A DNA stretch of 63,883 nucleotides, the filler included, from Chiloscyllium plagiosum (Eukaryota), in NCBI RefSeq assembly GCF_004010195.1. It is 4 parts of one record of this genome, joined end to end, with 100 filler letters (N's around TTAATTAATTAA, not from the genome) between each part and the next. Parts side by side here need not be neighbours in the genome. Positions count along the whole stretch, not along the records: positions 31,979 to 59,989 come from NC_057715.1; 3 more parts are not named here. One strand, given 5' to 3'. The position numbers were made by a program, and so were the translations under genes. Position 1 is the first letter of the stretch. Each line of letters opens with the position of its first letter. This document shows positions 36,960 to 51,183 of this stretch, piece by piece. Under the pieces are notes generated by a model. The model was given only the letters and a program-made list of their open reading frames with translations. It was not told where the DNA came from and ran no database searches.

Positions 36960-37450
36960 TGCCGCGTCAGATGAAATGCTCTGCTGAAGGCAAAACTCAT
37001 ATCAAACTGTAATCTCCTTAAAAATTAATTCTCGCACCATTCCTTAGTCAGCCATCAAACTGATTGATGAATGGTTTCCTGTTTTCAGCTTCCCTCAGTT
37101 ATTAAATATAAAGTTATCCTTGCTGCTTGACAGTCTATGGTATCTTTCCACAGTGTACCAAATTTTGCAGAATCAACACCAATGCACTTACAACTCATCA
37201 CTCACCTCCTTGAACACCTAAGGCTGAATCGATCAGAACTTTGGACTTGTCAGCAACAGCTCCATCAGTTTGCTCAGTTCCACTTCTCCTGTGTTTGGAA
37301 TTTTATCAATTTTATCTCTCCCTTCCTCCTGATTAACAGCTGTAATAGGAATTATTTTGTATCCTTTACAGTGAAGACAAACAGAATAATTGTTCATTAA
37401 ATCAGTCATTTCCTTATTTTCTCCTGTTAGCTCCACATTCTCGGTTGCTT
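36960..37450 (-). mobile_element. Old CR1 ORF2 fragment
   Basis: ENKEMTDLMNNY followed by SVFTV in a shifted frame resembles the CR1 endonuclease-RT linker. Confidence 0.55.
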
Positions 37451-38212
37451 GAAAACAAATACTCACCTTGCTTGTTTATAATTTAGCACGAAAGAGCTGC
37501 TAACCTCTGACTGGATGAGATTTCTGCTTGATCTTTTGGGACCATGATTCTGAGCTGTGGCCCATTGCTCGCCTGTCTGAATAGCTCAAGATGCAGTGGG
37601 CCTTTCATAAGATAGATACCATGGGACATTCGCCAGCTTTCCAGTTAGCAAACAAGATACCTACTGTATCCATCTAGAAGCAATTAGGTATTGCATAAAA
37701 TTAGGTAAATTGGAGATTAATAGGACTTAGCTACACAAAAATCAGGATGGAAATTAAACATGGCAGATTGTGATGTGTTTAGACAAGTTGAAGAGGGGGA
37801 AAGTGGAAGTGAAGATCATTTTTTAGTATTAGAGATTATTTAATGATAGTAGAAAAAGGTAATGTAACTGTCAGTAAAACAGAAAATGTCTGTCTCCATT
37901 GGGATAGAAGATGAATAGAATCAATCACAGTGACAATGTTGTCTAGAGACAAACTAATCATGAAAGGGAAGTGAAGAAACAAATAAGGATAAAAATTAGG
38001 GAACTGTAACAAACGTAGAGTAAGAAGATAGATGAGGGCAGAGCAGTAGATGTCTGTATGGGCCTTAGCAACGTCTTTGACAAGGTTCAGCATGGTAGAC
38101 TGGTTGGTAAAGTTAGATCACATGGGATCCAGGGAGATTTGCCAGTTGGATACAAAATTGGCTTGATGTTAGGGGATAGAGGGTGATGGTGGAAAGTTGT
38201 TTTTCGGACTGA

Positions 38213-41200
38213 GGGAATCTCTCCTTCCCTCCTCCTGTAAGCTAAAAAAAAAGTGAAAGGGTAGAGAGATGTGCTATTTCAAAGTTTGTTGATAGCAGAG
38301 TAAGAAGTAAGGCTTTGGCTCGAGAGGCTTCAGAGAGCAGTGGCTCAGCAAAAGGTATAGTGATCTCAGATAAAGTTCTTTTAACTTTCCTTTTTAGTTC
38401 TACAGCAGTAAAGATGGTAGTTAGGACAGTTGCATGTTCCTCCTGCAGGATGTGGGAGCCGAGGGAGACTTCCATTGTCCCTGATGACTACACCTGTGGG
38501 AAGTTCACCCCGCTGAACCATGCTAGGGAGCTGGAGCTGGATGCATTCCGGATTATCCGAGATGCTGAGTGCTTCATAGGTAAGAATTTTAGTGAGCTGG
38601 TCGCATCTAAGATGCAGGCAGAAATAGCGGGTGACCACCAGGAAAGGCAAAGGGCGTAGGCAGAAAGTGCAGGAATCCCCTGTGGCCATTCCCCTCGAAA
38701 ACAAGTATACTGTTTTTGATACTGTTGGCAGATTACTGTTCAGAGAAAGCAGCAATAGCCAGTTTGGTGGCACTATGACTGGCTCTGGGGCACAGTGAGA
38801 AAAGGTAAAGGAAAACAGGACCTTAATGATAGGAGACTCAATAGTTAGGGGGACAGACATAAGATTCTGTGGCCACAAACGAGAATGTGTTGCCTCCCAA
38901 GTGCCAGGATCCAGGATGTCTCAGAGCGGCTGCAGAACGTTCTCAAGGGAGAGGGTGAGCAGCCAGAACTTATTGTGCACATTGGCACAAATGACGTAGG
39001 TAGAAATAAGGATGAGGTCCTGCAGAATGATTATAGAGAGCTAGGAAAAAAGTTTAAAACCAGGACCTCGTTGGTGATAATCTCCAGATTACTTCCAGTG
39101 CCACGTGCTAGTGAGGGTGAGAACAGAAGGATGTGGCAGATGAATACGTGACTAAAGAATTTGTGCACGAGACAGGAATTAAGATTTTTAGATCATTGGG
39201 ATCTTTTCTGGGGCAGAGGTGATCTGTTCAACAGAGACGGGTTGCACATGAAGTTGAGGGGGGCCAATATTTTAGTAGCCAGGTTTGCTAGTGCTACAAG
39301 GCAGGGTTTAAACTAGATTGGGGGCAGGGTGGGATCCTCAGCAGCATAGAGGCTAGTGCGAAGCTTGAAGGTGATACAATAATCAGAAATAGTAAGTTGA
39401 AGAGACATGTCAGTCTGGAACATGACAGGGAGCAAGGAATGCCTGTTGGATTAAATTATTTCAATGCAAGAGGGCTGACAGGTAAGGCTAATGAACTCGG
39501 GGCATGGATGGGTTTGTGGGACTGGGATATTATAGCCATTACAGAAACATAGCTAAGGGAGAGACAGGACTGGCAGCTTAATGTGCCAGGTTACAGGTGC
39601 TTTAGGTGGGACAGAGGTGGTGGAAAGAGAAGAGGGGGAGTTGCAATTTTGATTAGGTATCACAGCAGTGGATTAGATTAGATTCGATTCCCTACAATGT
39701 AGAGACAGTTCATTTGGCCCAACCAGTCCACACCGACCCTCCGAAGAATAACACACCAAGACCCATTTCCCTCTGACTAATGCACCTAACTCTATGGGAA
39801 ATTTAGCATGGCCCATTCACCTGACCTTTACACCTTTGTGACTGTGGGAGGAAACCGGAGCACCCAGAGGAAACCATGCAGTCACTGGGAGAATGTGCAA
39901 AATCCATACAGTCACCCAAGACAGGAATCAAACGCAGGTCCATAGCACTGTGAGGCAGCAGTGCTAACCACTGAGCCAACGTGCAGAGATGAAATAACTG
40001 AAGGATCATCCAGTGAGGTTTTGAGCTAAGAAAAATGAAGGGGATGATGACATTATTGGGATTGTAGTATAGGCCCCCAAATAGTCAACGGGAATTAGAG
40101 AAATAAAATGCAGGGAGACTGGGGAGACTTGCAGGAGTAATAGGGTTGTCATAGTAAGGAATTTTAATTTTCCTAACATAAACTGGGACTGCCTTAGCAT
40201 TAAGGGCTTAGGTGGAGTGGAATTTGTTCAGGAAGGTTTCCTTAAGCAGTATATAGTGGGTCCTACTCGGAAAGGTGCAAAACTTGACCTACTCTTAGGA
40301 AATAGGGAAGGACAGGTGACTGAGGTGACAATGGGGGAGCACTTTGGGACCAGTGACCATAGTTCTATTAATGTTAAAATATTTATGGAGTGGGACCTCG
40401 TCCATAGCTTCAAATTCTAAATTGGGGCAATGCGAAGTTTTGATGGAATTAGACAGGAGCTTGCAGAGGTTGATTGGAGTTGTTTGTTTGCAGGCAGAGA
40501 GACCTCCAGCAAGTGGAGGCCTTTAAAAGTGAGATAGCTAGAGTTCAAGATCTATAGTTCCTATGAGGGTGAAGGGCAAGGTTAGCAGGAATAGGGAACC
40601 CTGGATGACAAGACATAGTGAGGCTTTAACCACAAAAAGGAAGGAGGCGTGGCTCAAGTATAGGCAGTTGGAATCAAGGGAATCCCTGGAGGTATACAGG
40701 TAATACAGGGGTTTACTGAAGATGGCAATCAGGAGAGTGAAAAGGGGGCATGGCATAGCCTTGGCTGAAAAAATTAGGGTGAATCCAAAGAGGTACTTTA
40801 AGTATATTTAAGGAAAAAGAATAACTAGAGAGAGAAAAGGGTCCCTCAAAGACAAAGTGGGCATGTATGTGTAGAACTACGGGAGATGGGTGAGGATCTC
40901 AATGAATATTTTTCCTCTGTGTTTACCATGACAAAAGGCATGAAGACTTGGGGATTTGGGGAAGTTAGTGGTGATATCGTGGGGACAGTCCATATCACAA
41001 TAAAGGAGGTGGTGGATGTATTAGAATGTATGAAGGTGTATAAATCTCCTGGTCCTGACCAGATATATCCAAGAACACTTAAGAGGTTAGAGAAGAAATT
41101 GTGAGGGCCCTGGCTGATATTTTTGCATCATAGTTAGCCACAGGTGAGGTCCTGGAAGATTAGAAGGTAACGAATGCTGTGTCATTATTCAAGAAGGACT

Positions 41201-42569
41201 GCAAAATAAAGTCTGGGAACTGTAGACCAATAAGCCTAACATCTGTGGTGGGTAAGTTACTTGAGAAGATTCTGAAGGATAAGATATGCGTGCATTTGGA
41301 AAGACAAGGTTTGCTTAGGAGTAGTCAGCATGGCTTTGTGAGTAGGAGATCATGCCTCACAAATTTGTTAGAATTCGTTGATGAAGTGACCAGGAAGGTT
41401 GATGAGGGCAGGGCAATAGACGTGATCTGTATGGATTTCAGTAAGGCCTTTGATAAGGTTCCACATGGTCGGCTGCTCTCGAAGGTTAGATCGCATGGAA
41501 TCCAGGATGAGCTAGCAAATTGGATCCCAAATTGGTTTGATCGTCAGAAGCAGAAGGTAATAGTGGAAGGATACTTGTTGAAGTGGAGGACTATGACTAG
41601 TGGTGTGCCTCAGGGTCAGTGCTGGGCCCATTTCTGTTTGTTATCTCTATCAATGATTTGGATAAGAATGTACAAGTCATAATAAAATAGACAGTATCGT
41701 TGACAATGAGGAAGGTTATCAGAAATTGCAGCAGGACTTTGATCACCTGGGGAAATGGGCCAAAAAATGGCAAATGGATTTTAATGTAAATAAGTGTGAG
41801 GTCTTGCATTTTGGAAAGTCACATCAAGAAAGGAGTTTCATGGTGAATGGTAGGGTCTTAAAGAGTGGAACAGAGGGACTTTGGAGTTCAGTACTAAGTA
41901 CTGAGAAAGTGGAGACACAGATAGACAGGACAGTGAAGAAGGCTTTTGGCACAGCGACCTTCATCAGTCAGGACATTTATTATAGAAATTGGGAAGTTAT
42001 GTTGCAGTTATACAGGATGTTGGTAAGGCTGCACTTGGAGTATTGTGTTCAGTTTTGGTCACCTTTTTATTGGAAGAATGATATTAAACTGGAAAGAATG
42101 CAGAAGAAATTTACAAGGATGTTGCCTGGTCTGTGTCATAGGAAGAGGTTGGACAAGCGAGGACAGTTTCTTTGGAGCATAGGAGACTGAGGGGGAACCT
42201 TATACAGATGTATAAGTTCATGATAAACATGGATAGCATGAATGCACTCAGTCTTTTTCCCATGATTGGGGAATGGAGGGCTAGAGGGCATCAAATTATG
42301 GTGAGAGGGGAAAGAATAAAAGGGAACCTGAGGTGCAACCTTTTTTTACACAAAAGGTAGTAAGCATATGGAATGAACTGCCAGCAGAAGTGGTTGAGGC
42401 AGGTATATTAACAACATTTAAAAGGCTTTTGGATAAATACATTGATAGGAAAGGATTAGAGTGTCATGGGCCAAGTGCAGGGAAATGGGGTTAGCGTGGA
42501 CATTTTGGTTAGCAGGGACCAGTTTGGGCCAAAGGGCCTATTTCCATGCTGTATGACTCTATGACTCTA
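38213..42569 (+). mobile_element. Near full-length CR1 LINE (ORF1 zinc finger + SGNH esterase; ORF2 APE + RT), disrupted
   Basis: ORF1 motifs MVVRTVACSSCRMWE, IGDSIVRGTD, IVHIGTND, DGLH; ORF2 motifs FNARGL, LDLLLGN, SDHS, KSPGPDQIYPR, QHGFV, DFSKAFDKVPH; (TATGACTC)n tail. Confidence 0.93.
39671..39985 (-). mobile_element. HE1-type V-SINE inserted in the CR1 endonuclease region
   Basis: tRNA-like head TGGCTCAGTGGTTAGCAC; (TAATC)n tail. Confidence 0.88.
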
Positions 42570-44461
42570 GTGTGACCAGCAGTGTTCTGCAGGGATTGGT
42601 GTTGGGTCCACTATTGTTTGTCATTTATAAAAATGATTTGGATGAGAATATAGAAAGCATGGTTAGTACGTTTGCGGATTACAACAAAATTAGCGGTACA
42701 ATTGACAGTGAAGAAGATTATCCAATAGTATGTTGGAATCTTGATCAACTGGTCAATGGGCCGAGGAGTGGCAGATGGGCTTTAATTTAGATAAATGTGA
42801 GGTAGTGCATTTTTGCAAAACGCACAAGGACAGGACTTACAGGGTTAATGGTTGGGCCCTGGGAACTGTTGTTAAACCCCTAGGAGTTCAGGTACATATT
42901 TCCTTAAAAGTGGCATCATTGGTAGACAGGGTGGGCAAGAAGTGTTTTGGTACATTTGCCTTAATTTTTCAAGATGTGTAGGTGCCGGTTTTGGATCTGG
43001 ATGGACAAACTTAAAAATCACACAACACCAGGTTATAGTTCAACAGGTTTATTTGGACGTACAAGTTTTGGGAGCGCTGCTCCTTAGTCAGGTAGCTAGT
43101 GGGGAAGGTTGTTTGATTTTTAACTTAATTTGTCAGAACATTGAGTTTAGGTTTCGGGATGTCATGTTGCACTCTACAGGGCATTGGTGAGGTTTTGGCT
43201 ACTTTTGGAGTATTGCATACAATTCTAGTCGCCCTGCTGTAGAAAGGATGTTATTAAATTGATCAGGGTGCAGAAAAGACTTACAAGGATGTTACTGGGA
43301 CTGAAGGGTTTGAGCTATACAGACAGGTGGATTGGCTAGATTCTTTTTCACTGGAGCGTAGGAAGTTGAGGGGTGACCTTATAGAGGTTTATAAAATCAT
43401 GAGGGGCATGGGGTGACCTTATAGAGGTTTATAAAATCATGAGGGGCATAGAAAAGGTGAATAGCAAAGATCTTGTTCAAAAATTGGAGTGCATAATATT
43501 TAAGGTGAGAGGAGAAAGATTTAAAATGGATCTAACTTTTTCACAGAGAGTTGTTTGTATGTGGAATGAACTGCCAGAGGAAATGATAAATGCAGGTACA
43601 GTTAGAGCATTTAAAAAACATTTGGACAGGTACATGAATCAGAGCAGTTTAGAGGGATATATGCCAAATGAAGGCAAATGGGGCTATTTTAGTTTAATTA
43701 TTATGGGGAACATGGTTGGCATAGGCGAGTTGGACTGAAGGGTCTGTTTCCATGCTGTATGACGCTATGACTCGATAATAATCATGAGAAGTTAAATTAA
43801 CTAATAGAGGTAAGTAAAGTGGATTATTTTCTACAGTGTACACAGGACTCCTTTATAACATAATATGTAGGAAAGCCAACAAGAAGGATTCATAATGAAC
43901 ATGAACCAGAGGAATGAAGAAAAATAAAAGAAACAACTAAGTACTAAATATAATATGGTTTAAGAAATAATTTAGAAAGGTGCAATGTGCGAATGGAGAA
44001 ATGAACATTTGTCAGAGTCACTGATTTCCATGAACAAATGAAAGAAACCTTCCAAGTCCAAGTTGACCAGTATCTTTCCAACTAAACAATTGAGCAACTT
44101 CACTTTTCAGACCTTACATCAGCAAGAATTCTGTAACGGTACAGAGGATGTACTACAATGGTGTTTTTAAAAATTGATTTTGTCTGCTAAAATGTGGGCA
44201 TGCTGTTTTGAAATTGAGTGTTTTGATTTGTACAACCCAAACTTGAGTCAGTTTGTTCTGTTCGCAATTTGATTGCACATTTTTTTGGATTTGTTTGCTG
44301 AAGCATTTTTGCACATGGCAACAATGGTATTGAACCTTCAGAAATGCTAAGAGTATATCCAAAGTGCATAAAATCCTAGGTGGTTGAGAAGATACTTATC
44401 ATAAGGACCATACATTTCTCCAGCAGTATTGAACTTCCCCAAGCTATAAATTGGTTATCTT

Positions 44462-44900
44462 GATTAGATTAGATTAGATTACTTAGATTAGATTACTTAC
44501 AGCGTGGAAACAGGCTCTTTGGCCCAACAAGTCCACACCGCCCTGCCGAAGCGCAACCCACCCATACCCCTACATTTACCCCTTACCTAACACTACGGGC
44601 AATTTAGCATGGCCAATTCACCTGACCTGCACATCTTTGTGACTGTGGGAGGAAACCGGAGCACCCGGAGGAAACCCATGCAGACACGGGGAGAACGTGC
44701 AAACCCCACACAGTCAGTCGCCTGAGGCGGGAATTGAACCCAGGTCTCTGGGGCTGTGAGGCAGCAGTGCTAACCACTGTGCCACCGTGCCGCCCACAAT
44801 TAGATTAGATTACTTTACAGTGTGGAAACAGGCCCTTCGGCCCAACAAGTCCACACTGACCCGCCGAAGCACAACCCACCCATACCCCTACATTTACCTC
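44462..44900 (-). mobile_element. HE1-type V-SINE (full, 44462-44796) plus tandem 3' fragment (44799-44900)
   Basis: A box TGGCACAGTGG, B box GGTTCAATTCC, (TAATC)n tail; CpG-rich and therefore probably young. Confidence 0.92.
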
Positions 44901-45439
44901 ACAGAGCATAGAATACCTACAGAGCATAGAATACATATTTCTATGAACATCACTCTTTAGATGGGTAGATATTTCTTGACCAGTTTAGTACTATGAATAA
45001 GATTATCATTCGTTGCAAATGCAATAATGAGTTTTCATTCTCCTTCTGAAAGAGAAAGCTATAAATATTATGGCAAATGCCTTAACTTCTGCAGGAAATG
45101 ACCATGGAAATGGAAAAATAGACATAATTTCAGAGAAAAAAAATATGCATTACACCTAATGTATTTAAAGTAGAGGATATTGGCATATTCTTGTTTGTGA
45201 GGTCATATATAATTTACTAGCAAATTATTGTGAAAATAACAATTGCTTTCCCCTTTAAAATGGTTTAAAGTTCAGTCACGTGATAACAAAGTCCAAAATA
45301 TTTATGTCGATAGAAATCCAGTTCTGCTCTCCTGCTTGTTCATTACAGTTGGTTTTCTGTTTCAAATAATGCATCCACTAACTTATTGCACATTCAGCTT
45401 TTGGTAAAGGACACTTAATTACACATTCAAAAGGAGGTG

Positions 45440-45730
45440 ACAGCCTAGCCCTCAAGCCAGCTTTACCATTTAATAAGATCATAGCCGTTCCAATTATTCA
45501 ACATTCCCACATACCGCTGATAATCTGAAATCCTCTTGCATATTAAGAATCCAGCAATCCCTGTGTTATAAATATTCAAAGATACTGTTTCCACTGGCTT
45601 TTGAGGGAGTTCCAAAATTCACAATTATCTTAAAAAAAACTCATCTGTGCCTTAAAAGGGAGCACCCCTATTGCACGACAGTGACTCCTAGTTTTCTGAT
45701 TCTGCAAAAGAAAAAACATACTTCCTGTAA
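45440..45730 (-). mobile_element. Old CR1 3' remnant
   Basis: Decayed copy of the CR1 3' UTR and ORF2 end seen at 2828-3235. Confidence 0.5.
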
Positions 45731-47896
45731 TAATGGCAGGACTGAGAAGCTTTGGGTAGTTTCACTGCTACCAGTTGATCTTGTTGGTATTAGCCAAAGC
45801 TTCTCATACCATAGGGGAAAGTCTTCAAAAGAAGATGGACTAAATCTTGAAGTACATTGAACAAGTCTATTACTTTAATACTTAATAGATGCTTAGATTT
45901 CACATGATGTTGTCTTGTCAGAAATCAGGCTCCATTTAAAGTTAATTTCACATAGCTAGTCACACATAATTAGTATGAAACACAGACTGGTTTAGCTCCT
46001 CTTGGAGCAGTATTTCATAATGTGATGGGGAAAACTTACCATATGTTTAGATACTAACGGTCTTACACAATGTCTAATTCCCAGCTTTTTTCTGGTTATT
46101 AAATTCTTTATACATTTGTTTCAATTAAGTAGATTTATCACTACTCCATCACTCCCCTAGTCTTTGACATTATAAATGACTGACAACGTGTTTGCACTGA
46201 AAGTCTGCAGTGAGAGGTTGGAATGTTCAGATTCAATTCATTACTATTGTGTACCCTTAAACGTTTGTTAATTTCTTGAATGCTGTTCGCTAAAGTATAC
46301 TCTGGCATTGGTGTCACTGTTGGAGGTTTTATTCCCTTGAAGGTTTTGAGGTTTCTCAGATTGTAACAAAGAAGATATTTGTGTTTCTGAAAGAATTAAT
46401 CTTCTCCCATTGATGTTATAATGAGATACAGGTGTATCCTCCTGCTGACATTAAGAGAAAGCTTGTTATCATTGCACCACAACACCAATCCCTCTATCTC
46501 CTTCCTGTATAATGAAGCAACAGATCCTTCTATTCTTGTTCATATTCCTTTGGATAGCATCATCATTTTTTCAGGGTTAACCGTTCGACAATAAAGCTGT
46601 TATAGTACTGCTTCTTCCAATAGCTGAATAGACTGTATCACTCCTCCTTGTTATACTGTCAAAGAAATCCAATGATAAGATTTTGAAGATTTGTCTGCAA
46701 GTGAATTACAATTGAAGTATTCCTCCAAAGCTGTGCAATCCATAATATCATCTATCCTTCAATCGTGAAAAAATGTAGGACATCAATACGATTAAGTATG
46801 CATGTTTATTTATATTATTCGGTATTATAAATAGTTTTCTGAGACCTATTGTGTATTTATGTAAGTGTGGTGGGCTTCCAGTTTCAGAGTCCAATCACAT
46901 GATGTAATACTGAGGTCATCAGCCATTTTGAGTGGGAAACAGCTTAGTCTAACCTTCCCTTATGTGGAGTAAACATCTCCATAAAAAAGTTCCTGTTGTT
47001 TATCACTCCTGGTCTTTCTTGGAACTTAGCACCAATGAAGTCTTCCTCTTGTCAATTAACTTTATGGCTTCACTAATGTTTGGCTTCTGAGCCGTTGAGG
47101 TCTTTCAGTATACAATAGAACTTGAAATGCAAACCATGCTTTTCTACTCAGAAGTGAGAAGGCTCCTACTACCCTCTTTTCCTGCAGTTCCCCCTACATC
47201 CACCCCCAGTACTGAAGAAGGGTTACACCTGAAACATAAACTTCACCTCCTAATGCTGCCTGGCTTGCTGTGTTCTTCTAGCCTCCTGCCTGCCTTCTTT
47301 GGATTCCAGCATCTGTGGGTTTTTTTTTGTCTCATCCCCGCCCATTCTGACCTACATGTGACCCCAGATCCACAGCAGTATTGTTGACTCTTAACTACCC
47401 TTCGGGCATTTAGGGATGAGCAGTAAATATCCAGTGACACCCTCAATTCTGTCAATGAATTTAAAGAAAGTAAATCAAAAAAGAGAAAATTACTAATGAA
47501 AGTAAATTGTCATGAAAGAAATAAAACAAAAAGCAGAAGCCTTTACGGATATTTTAAAAAGAAAGCAGCTAAAATGAGTTGAAAGCCATGGAGAATTTTA
47601 ACTGTAAAATTTGTAAAATTAGATTCCAAAGCATTTCAACTAAAAAGTTATAGAAAATGCAATCAATGTCAACTCTTCTCCATACAGCAATTCACCCCAC
47701 AGTCAGAATCAATTCCAGAGCCAGTGTGAAACTGAGCAATGTTCTCATCCGATGAATGAAAAAGAAAAAGGTTCAAAGCATAACCATACCCCAGGAGAAC
47801 CTTTATTTTCCCTAAAATACACTTCATTTAAAAAAGCAGTAAAAATGCCTTCCAAAACATTTTGACTTGAAAATACAGTGCAATTCAATACTTATT

Positions 47897-49511
47897 CATG
47901 ATTTGGAGGTGCCAGTGTTGGACTGGGGTGTACAAATTAAACATCACACAACACCAGGTTATAGTCCGACAGGTTTAATTGGAAGCACTAGCTTTTTGAG
48001 CGCTGCTCCTTCATCAGGTGGTTGTGCAGTATACGATCGTAAGACACAGAATTTATAGCAAAGGTTTACAGTGCGATGTAACTGAAACTGAAACGGGCAC
48101 TTGGAAGTACTCAAGGATGCCCTCATAAGAACGAGGTACGATGCTGAACTCATCGGTGTGCCACAGTGAGAGACCATAATGGCCTTCCCAGGAGATAGAC
48201 ATGAGCTGCAGTTGACAGGGTACCTTTCATTGTCCAGTACTTCCAAGAGCCAAGAAACTACGCCATGTTCTTCGCAACCTACAGCACATTATCAATGAGG
48301 ATGAGTACCTCGCCAAGACCTTCCCCACATCTCCACTTTTCACCTTTAAATAGCCACCAAACCTCAAACAGATAATTGTTTGCAGCAAATCGCCCGGCTT
48401 TCAGGACAACAACATACAACCATGTCATGGTAGACTCTGCAGGATGTGTCAGAGTGTCGACACGGATACCACCATTACACATGGGGACACCTCCCACCGT
48501 GTACACGGCAGGTACTCATGCAACTCGGCCGATGTTGTCTATCATATACGCTGCAGGCAAGGATGCCCTGAGGCATGGTACATTGGCAAGACTGAGTAGA
48601 GGCTATGGCAATTGATGAATGGACACCGCACAACAATCAACAGACAGGAGTGTTCACTCCCAGTTGGAGAACACTTCAACGGTCTGGGACATTAAAACTC
48701 GTACCTTTGGGTGACCATCCTGCAAGGTGGACTTCAGGACATTCAACAATGCAAAGTGGCCAAGCAGAGGCTGAAAGCTAAGTTTGGTACCCATGGGGAT
48801 GGCCTCAACCGGGACCTTAGGTTTATGTCACACTATAGGTGACCCCACTGCACTACACACACACACACACACACCACACACACCCCCACGGACCGATACA
48901 CTCACACAGACCCCTCTAATACACAAACTCTCTCTCATATGCTAACACATACACTCCCACACTCATTTGCACCCTCTCACAGACTTATACCCTTTTACAC
49001 TCATACACTTACACATACTCTATCACAGACACTCATACCACCCCCACCCCCCACACACACATGCAGGCACACATACGTTTGTGAGGTGGATTTACACATT
49101 TTATTTTGCCCAAAAACTGCATGAATCTATGTAAGATTCTGTAAATGCCTTTTATAGATTAGAATCAGTCTGAACATTGGGACACAGACAGCCTCACACT
49201 TTCAATGCATTATCTGGCCCAACATGGCACCTATTCTTAAAGTTCACTTGAGAATGTAATTTTAAAAAGTTCTGGGATATGAAAGAACTTAAACCAACAT
49301 GTCCATTCTAAAAGATGAGAGACTTAACAAGCAATCCAGGTCTTTCTCAATATATGATTTCAGTTATATCACACTGTAATCTTTTACTATAAATACTGTT
49401 TCTTACAATCTTATACTGCACAACCACCTGATGAAGGAGCAGCACTCCGAACACTAGTGCTTCCAAATAAACCTGTTGGACTATAACTTGGTGTTGTGCA
49501 ATTTTTAACCT
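47897..49511 (+). mobile_element. Penelope-like element (family C) 3' part with inverted pseudo-LTR (47897-48090)
   Basis: Decayed GIY-YIG region (VVYHIRCRQGCPEAWYIGKT), CA-rich UTR, degenerate hammerheads at ~47987-48021 (-) and ~49425-49459 (+); 10-bp TSD AATACTTATT at 47887-47896 and 49512-49521. Confidence 0.88.
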
Positions 49512-51132
49512 AATACTTATTGAGATAGTAATTTCATCCCACAATCAGAAGCTATACAAGAGAAAGAGAGCAAATTCTTACCGCAATAGAAATCTCCAAA
49601 CTGAATATTGTTCTTAGTAAAGTACAACAGACAGATTCAGAATTAGCTCCAAACATATTGACAGGTCAAGAGATTGACAGACACTAACTGAATATCACAC
49701 TTCTGTGCATTAACAGAGACCAGCAGATATAACGTCAACCCTGTACAGAGACCTGGCAGACACAATGAGACCCACACACTCACACAGTACCAAATAATGA
49801 TAGATTTGTTGAGTAACGGATGAAAGTTAACCAGCCTTGATATAACTGATGGTATAATTGTGATATAACCACAGCCTGGACTGGGGACAGGGAGAAGCAA
49901 CACTCTGTACCTTCAGAGACATGGACTGAACCAGATTTGCAGTAATGCATATAGTTTCAAGGAAAGAGTTGGAATTACTTTACCATGCCTATATCCAGAT
50001 TACTGGCAGGGTAAAGCAGGCAAAGTTTACTAATCCAAACCAGCACAAAATGGGACAAATCAAATCAGACATAAAACATTCTGGACCATTGTAGGTAAGG
50101 TTCCTTCCTTTGTCACCCAGTCACCCCAACTAATGCCTGTACTGAATAGTGACAGAACCAACGATTGGGAAATAAAACCTGTATCCAAGAAAGGCACAAC
50201 ATTACAATATTCCACAATTGTACAATACTTGAGATTTACAGATGGTACAGAATAAATCTGACACTGACAGTACTACAAACTGAGAAAGCCCATTCTCACA
50301 TACAAAACTGGAGGCAGAGCAAAGTAGACGCAATCCTACACTCGACACTATAGGTCTGATAGTTCCCATTCAAAATCTGCCATAGAATTAATTCCAACTC
50401 ACACAGTTTAACACAGAGAGGTATTTTGTTGCAGACTTGCAGAATACCAGAAAATTCAGACAAAGAATCAATCCGATATTCACTGGCAGTACTGGAGACT
50501 GCCAGAGAATAGTCTCTCATAGTCACATTCAGTACCTCTGATTTAATTCCAAAATCACATTCAGTTCCACAATCTGGTAAACCACAAATATTGCACTTGC
50601 ATATTATACCAAAGACTCAGATTCAGAATGTAATCCCCCCCCCCCCCCCAAACCCTCATATGCACTCAGTAGCAGTCACTGGCAGACATAAAATGTGTCA
50701 TCAGACATAAAATACTCCCACAGTCAACTGCAGCTTATCAAAAAAACAAACAGAGCTAATCTTGCACTCATATCAATTTCCATGTGCCTCCCAGGTACCA
50801 GATGAGTTTCACACTTTATACAGTACCAGATACAGGCAGGTACAGAATGAGCATGGTATTCAAATTGAATAACAGTGAGTGACAAATATAGAATTAATTG
50901 TAAGCTCACATGTGCTACAAGAGATCAGCAGCTTCAAGATGGGCCTTAAACCTGTTCTACTGGAGACTGACAGATTCAGAATGTGGTACATATTTAAGTA
51001 CAATGCAGTAAGTAGGATGGTATCTACACTCACTCACACTAACAGAGGATGGCATCTGTAGAATTACGGGCACACTTAAACAGGGGAATGTGAGAGGTAC
51101 AAAATTAATCCTGTCCTCACATGCAATGTCAG

Positions 51133-51183
51133 GTACTTACCTAGCAGGCGTGATACCATGATCCAGAAGGTGGTTCCCCCAGG
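51133..51183 (+). pseudogene. U1: U1 snRNA 5' fragment (nt 1-51)
   Basis: GTACTTACCTAGCAGGCGTGATACCATGATCCAGAAGGTGGTTCCCCCAGG aligns ungapped to the remembered vertebrate U1 sequence ATACTTACCTGGCAGGGGAGATACCATGATCACGAAGGTGGTTTTCCCAGG (43/51). Confidence 0.9.

Larger units (their letters stand above)
38025..43772 (+). mobile_element. Outer 5'-truncated CR1 (38025-38212 and 42570-43772) split by a nested CR1
   Basis: RT reads ...RVMVESCFSD at 38212 and resumes VTSSVLQGLVLGPLLF at 42570. Contains a PLE fragment (~42970-43105) and a 40-bp duplication (43370-43449). Confidence 0.85.

Noticed and set aside
37467..37672. Possible minus-strand exon with perfect AAG|GTGAGT donor
   Set aside because: All frames from the best acceptor contain stops, the peptide is unrecognised, and it abuts a CR1 remnant.
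43370..43449. 40-bp perfect tandem duplication
   Set aside because: Local slippage within a dead CR1.
44730..44796. tRNA genes suggested by A and B boxes (also 27610-27682, 39920-39985, 53426-53500)
   Set aside because: These are SINE heads followed by HE1 bodies and CR1-like tails; no complete cloverleaf was found.
51133..51183. Functional U1 snRNA gene
   Set aside because: Only about 51 of ~164 nt are present, with no Sm site, 3' box or clear PSE.
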